A stretch of DNA of 56,262 nucleotides, counting the filler, from an uncultured virus (IMG/VR IMGVR_UViG_2502082094_000002) (Duplodnaviria > Heunggongvirae > Uroviricota > Caudoviricetes). It is 10 parts of one record of this genome, joined end to end, with 100 filler letters (N's around TTAATTAATTAA, not from the genome) between each part and the next. Parts side by side here need not be neighbours in the genome. Positions count along the whole stretch, not along the records: positions 51,080 to 53,700 come from IMGVR_UViG_2502082094_000002; positions 53,801 to 56,262 come from IMGVR_UViG_2502082094_000002; 8 more parts are not named here. One strand, 5' to 3'. Below, piece by piece: positions 51,796 through 56,262 of this stretch (positions are counted from its first letter, which is position 1; each line of letters begins with the position of its first letter). Under the pieces are notes generated by a model, which saw only the letters and a program-made list of their open reading frames with translations, was not told the DNA's origin and searched no databases. A program made the position numbers and the translations under genes.

Positions 51796-52073
51796 ACGAA
51801 TAGACAAACACTCATGTCAGGCTCGATTGATGACATAATTGATATATAAGTCGTGTAATGTGTAGTACTGTTGACATCAGGTAGCATAGCACTTATAAAA
51901 GGAGGCAATGAACATAGCTGTCGCTCAGTGTGCGAATTCATACAGGTGTGTATACATAGTTGGGCGAGGTAGTTAAGTGTTTTGGTACGAGGACGTGTCA
52001 AAGAGTTGTCAGGAGGTGCGGCCCCGGGGAGAGTTGTTATAAAGGCTTTGCCACCCATCAGATAAGTGCTTTA

Positions 52074-52244
52074 CTATTCGTTAAATGATATATCCTCTAT
52101 ATGTTCAGGTTTGATGGCACTGTATGAGCCGTCCTCATCATATAGTTTCACACCGAAACCTGTTGAAAAGTCAACAACTTTCATTTCAACACCTGTATAT
52201 TTTCTTCTGTGATTACCGTCAACAGTTACAGTGATTTCTGCCAT
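52074..52244 (-). CDS. Small hypothetical protein (cassette allele 1)
   Basis: Hand translation MAEITVTVDGNHRRKYTGVEM...; follows the promoter repeat. Confidence 0.65.
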   Translation of the reverse strand: MAEITVTVDGNHRRKYTGVEMKVVDFSTGFGVKLYDEDGSYSAIKPEHIEDISFNE

Positions 52245-52428
52245 TGTATTAGTAACAAAGGGATGTATTGGTATAAGGCTTTTGCTTTTGGTTTCGCATC
52301 ATCACAGTAGGGCAACCACAAAGGCTATTATCACAAGCATGACAAGAAGACCCATTATATCGCTCCTCTGTCATTATCAGTGTTCGATTCGTGTTTCGCT
52401 TCTGCTGTNNNNNNNNNNNNNNNNNNNN

Positions 52429-52618
52429 TGTCGAGTATGAGGCGGCTCTCAGTCGAGTCAAGCGAGAACTCGAACAACGTGAGTCAGATGCAAAAGAAGC
52501 ACTGCAACAAGATGCTGTCAAGGAACGAGCCTCACTCTCTGCACGAAGCAGGCAGTACGAGCGTGATATAGAAGCACTGAAAAAAGACTCGAAACAACAG
52601 TCACTAGACTCGTTCTAA
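52429..52618 (+). CDS. phr: Photolyase C-terminus (allele 2)
   Basis: Matches 42032-42224. Confidence 0.85.
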
Positions 52619-52677
52619 TATACTATCAGTATCTATCAAAACCTTTTTATACAATAGGTGCATACCTATAGTTAGAG

Positions 52678-53178
52678 ATGTTAAGTGAAGAAGAACTTAT
52701 CGAAAGCTTGCAATCATTTGCAGACGAACTCGGTCGTAGACCAACTCTACATGAAATGGCACAGGACGGACCACATTCAAGCAGTGTATACAAAAAATAC
52801 TTTGGTACATGGTCAACAGCGTTACACGAAGCAGGATTTGAACCATCACGTGGTAAGATAATTAAAGAAGAAGATAGGAGAGATTATTACTCAAGAGATT
52901 ACAGTAAAAATCAGAAAATATACGAGCGAGACAATCATAAATGTAGGGTCTGTGATACAGAAGACAGTATCGAAGTTCATCATATAAAATCTCGTCTTAA
53001 CATACCGCATGATGAAGAACTAGATAATGAAGACAACATGATTACACTATGTAAAAAACATCATAGAATTCTCGAAGGAAAGTGGGAAGATACATCACAC
53101 GAACGATTTGAAGAACTAGCACGAGAATATATCGAAAATGAAGACGACGCAACTCAAAAGACAATAGCCTCGTTCTAG
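52678..53178 (+). mobile_element. Free-standing HNH endonuclease with N-terminal homing-endonuclease-associated repeat
   Basis: SEEELI..LQ.FADELGRRPT..EM...G..S...Y...FGTW..AL..AG; ERD.HKCRVC, VHHI, N.ITLC..HH; absent in the allele at 42224. Confidence 0.88.
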
Positions 53179-54036
53179 TTGTAAAAACGTAACCCTTTTA
53201 CCATTACATCTACTAACTCATAACACGATGAACGAAGAACAAGAAGAATCAATGGTAGAAGTTGGAGCATCATTTTTAAGAACATTGTCAGGAGCACTCG
53301 CAATCGCCTCAATATTAGTGCTAGAAGGAATCATTGCTGGTGTATTCCTTCATTACATGGCGACAGCCATTTTTGTCGCAATTCTCGCAATCGAGTTACA
53401 GGTGTAAACATGACTGCCCACAAACAAACGTTCCCCGGTCTTGTGTACTCACTGTCATCATGTCTGATGTTACTAATTGCAGGAGTAGCGATACTACTAC
53501 AAGTAGAATCAATACTACCAGTGTACTTTATACTCGTGTCATACTGTTTGCACTGTGGTCAATCGGAGAACTACTACGCAAATGAAACAATTTATACAGC
53601 AAAACTCAGATGAGTTATGGACGTTCACAATATTAGGGACCGACTGTATAGTTGGAGTAATGGCTGCTGCATCAATATGGAGTACGTTTGTGCCATTAGT
53701 NNNNNNNNNNNNNNNNNNNNNNNNNNNNNNNNNNNNNNNNNNNNTTAATTAATTAANNNNNNNNNNNNNNNNNNNNNNNNNNNNNNNNNNNNNNNNNNNN
53801 TGATACATAACTCGTGTAATGTGTAGTACTGTTGACATCAGGTAGCATAGCACTATAAAAGAAGTGATGACATAGCTGTCGCTCAGTGTGCGAATCATAC
53901 AGGTGTGTATACATAGTTGGGCGAGGTACTTAACAGTCTGTCCGAGGACGTGTCAAAAGATGTCAGGAGGTGCGGCCCCGGGGGTCAGGGCATATAAGTG
54001 TACCCTGATTTTATCTGAGTGGTTTTTCTGTCTTTT

Positions 54037-54213
54037 TTACAATTCGGACGGTTCTATATCTGTTTCTGCTCCTATTTCATTTTCTAGCCATTCAATTGCC
54101 GTTTCTTTTGAAACTTCAAATTGCTCAACTGTTCTTTGAGCAACACTTATCTTTGTACTTCGGGAAATTTCTTGTTTGCCATTCTCATCAAATTTGCTGT
54201 CTTCTTCTGCCAT
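54037..54213 (-). CDS. Small hypothetical protein (cassette allele 2)
   Basis: Hand translation MAEEDSKFDENGKQEISR...; same promoter and first 3 codons as 52074-52244. Confidence 0.65.
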   Translation of the reverse strand: MAEEDSKFDENGKQEISRSTKISVAQRTVEQFEVSKETAIEWLENEIGAETDIEPSEL

Positions 54214-54500
54214 TGTATTAGTAACAAAGGGATGTGTTGGTATAAGGTTTTTGCTTTTGGTTTCGCATCATTACAGTAAGGCAACCACAAAGGCTATTAT
54301 CACAAGCATGACAAGAAGTCCCATTATATCGCTCCTCTGTCATTACCAGTATTTGATTCGTGTTTCGCTTCTGCTGTTGCTGTTGCTGTTGATTGAACAT
54401 TGTACACCACGTTTACAATAAGGGGATACTCTGGTAAAAGTATTTCGTTTCACTCACTCGCAACACAGCCGTACAGCAGTAAGCCTCGATGGCGTCTGAA

Positions 54501-54761
54501 TCACATTGGTTTCGGTCGAAGCCGTGTCGTTTTTGTCGCACCATGCTTATCTAAGAATTCGGTCACTAAATCACTTTGGATTACCCGACGATAGACTTTT
54601 TCAGGCGGGTCCGAGACTCGTATTTGTCCACGCCATGTTTGAGTCTCTTGATACTCGACATATGCGTGATTGCCTTCAACCCAAGCTTCAAACCTATGGG
54701 CCTCGGTTCCATCTGTGCTGTCGTCCGAAAAGGTTATTTTTGCCCCGGGGCCGCTCCTCAT
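54501..54761 (-). CDS. Hypothetical protein
   Basis: 86-aa ORF. Confidence 0.55.
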   Translation of the reverse strand: MRSGPGAKITFSDDSTDGTEAHRFEAWVEGNHAYVEYQETQTWRGQIRVSDPPEKVYRRVIQSDLVTEFLDKHGATKTTRLRPKPM

Positions 54762-54842
54762 CTTCGGTCAAATATAGTACCATAGATGTATCTAGTAGTA
54801 CTATGCTCGCAACCTATAAAAANNNNNNNNNNNNNNNNNNNN

Positions 54843-56262
54843 GTTAATAATGTAATTAAATACGATGTCGAAACAGACACGTATACGTGCATTTCAAATG
54901 TTGTCAGACTGAGTACGGTTTTGTACGAATTGGAAGCATCAACTAAGCAGAACTATATTAGTACCCGACTCGAATCATACACAGAGAAATGCTTCGAAAA
55001 GATTCAACAGTTCGAAGAAAAACAGGATATCATTCCAGATATCGAAATACCAAAAAGAGGACTCACACAAATTTACACAGGTACAGACACAGACGATTTA
55101 GATGATGTGTATGCTGAAGAAATATTAGGTGACATTGATTCAGACGACATCAAAAATACCATTCCAGCACAGGATGGTGTAGATGAAGGAACCGTTATTG
55201 AACATGGACATAAGCCTGATTATCAAGAAAAAGATGACATTGATGTAGAAGAAGCACGAGAAGAAATCACAAAAGATGAGCCACAGGAAAGCATCAGACC
55301 AGATAGACAAGAAACACAATCAATGAGACATGAAGACCGACCTCAACAGAATACAGCAGCAGAACAACTTACACAATCAATGCTTAACAACATTGAGCAC
55401 ATTAAGACCGATGATGATATATCAGTTGACGGAGTAAAAGATATTATTCGACAAACATTCAGGTCAGAGTTAGGCTACGACTTAGACCACTGACTCATAC
55501 GCCGCCGAGGCTTGCAGCACAGCATTACAACAAAAACGAAACTTTTTTACTAATAGCAGTCCTTGTTACTAACACGAGGAAGAAATACAATGACAAAACA
55601 AGAAGCACGAAAATACACAGCAGTAATGATAGCCATCTCACTATCTGGACTCGTGGTTATCTTTGCACCACTTGGAATTTTCCCACTCATGGGTGCCATA
55701 GCATCATATACATTACTGCTACTCTTTTTACGAGGCGGTTGTGTAACATGCTAGATTCAAAAACAGCACAATACATTCTCGGTCTTGCAATTCTTATACA
55801 AACAGCAATTATCGCTATCTTTGCCCCACTCGGAACAGGTGTGGCTTTTGCTGCCGTGATTGTCTACACAATGCTGTTTGCAGCATTTTTCTTCATCACT
55901 CGACCAACGACAGGATTTTACAAATAATACAGTAATACAATAGTACAAATCATGCCAATGAGTAGCATACCTCCAGAGTGGACGACCGTAACTGTACAGA
56001 CACCAGCAAACGAACATTACCACAGAACAGAGTACGAAGTGTGGGGACAACAAGAAATGGACCAACCGATTCCAGAAATCACAGGACGAATAATGATTGA
56101 ATCAGGCATCCACGACCCATACGAAATCGAAGAAATTACAATCATTGCTTGCCATAGTGGTCAAGTGTTGCTACACTCGCATACAGCGACTGGGACGATG
56201 CAGTAAACTGTCGTACAACAAGCGACCGACCAACTAATGACATATCACATGGACGATATGAA
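54843..56262 (+). CDS. Allelic copy of the 46.8-48.6 kb gene run (acidic protein, two small membrane proteins, hypothetical protein)
   Basis: Collinear similarity to 46860-48550. Confidence 0.75.

Overview
This is not one contiguous locus. It is a concatenation of contigs, joined by N44-TTAATTAATTAA-N44 linkers and 20-N gaps, from at least two closely related strains of a large tailed haloarchaeal virus. Support for that assignment: acidic proteome, archaeal TATA promoters with leaderless starts, Hjc, archaeal-type PolB, and GC in the low-40% range by eye. Several loci occur twice as diverged alleles (nrdA/thyX, nuclease-tRNA-mazG-tmk, photolyase end, 46.7-48.6 kb vs 54.8-56.2 kb), which allows internal comparison. 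Recognisable genes cover nucleotide metabolism (class I nrdA/nrdB, thyX, tmk, MazG), replication/repair (PolB, Hjc, RNase HI, DinG/XPD helicase, P-loop ATPase, photolyase, PolX-like HhH), RNA repair (RtcB, Rnl2-type ligase), a GHKL ATPase, SPFH, a Tat-signal metalloprotease, GxxExxY, an HNH endonuclease and tRNA-Asn. No virion structural genes were recognised. The most unusual signals are: (i) a dispersed ~90-bp TATA + G-rich + hairpin element in 4 copies, one abutting a 9-copy iteron-like array and one an AT-rich tandem repeat; (ii) an intact but catalytically dead NrdJ-derived gene directly upstream of nrdBA; (iii) a conserved structured RNA candidate upstream of a tRNA-Asn whose body is entirely swapped between strains; (iv) promoter repeats that delimit exchangeable single-gene cassettes; (v) PIP-box-like tails on PolB, photolyase and HNH. 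Homopolymer frameshifts suggest pyrosequencing-type errors. All family calls come from motif recognition, not database searches.
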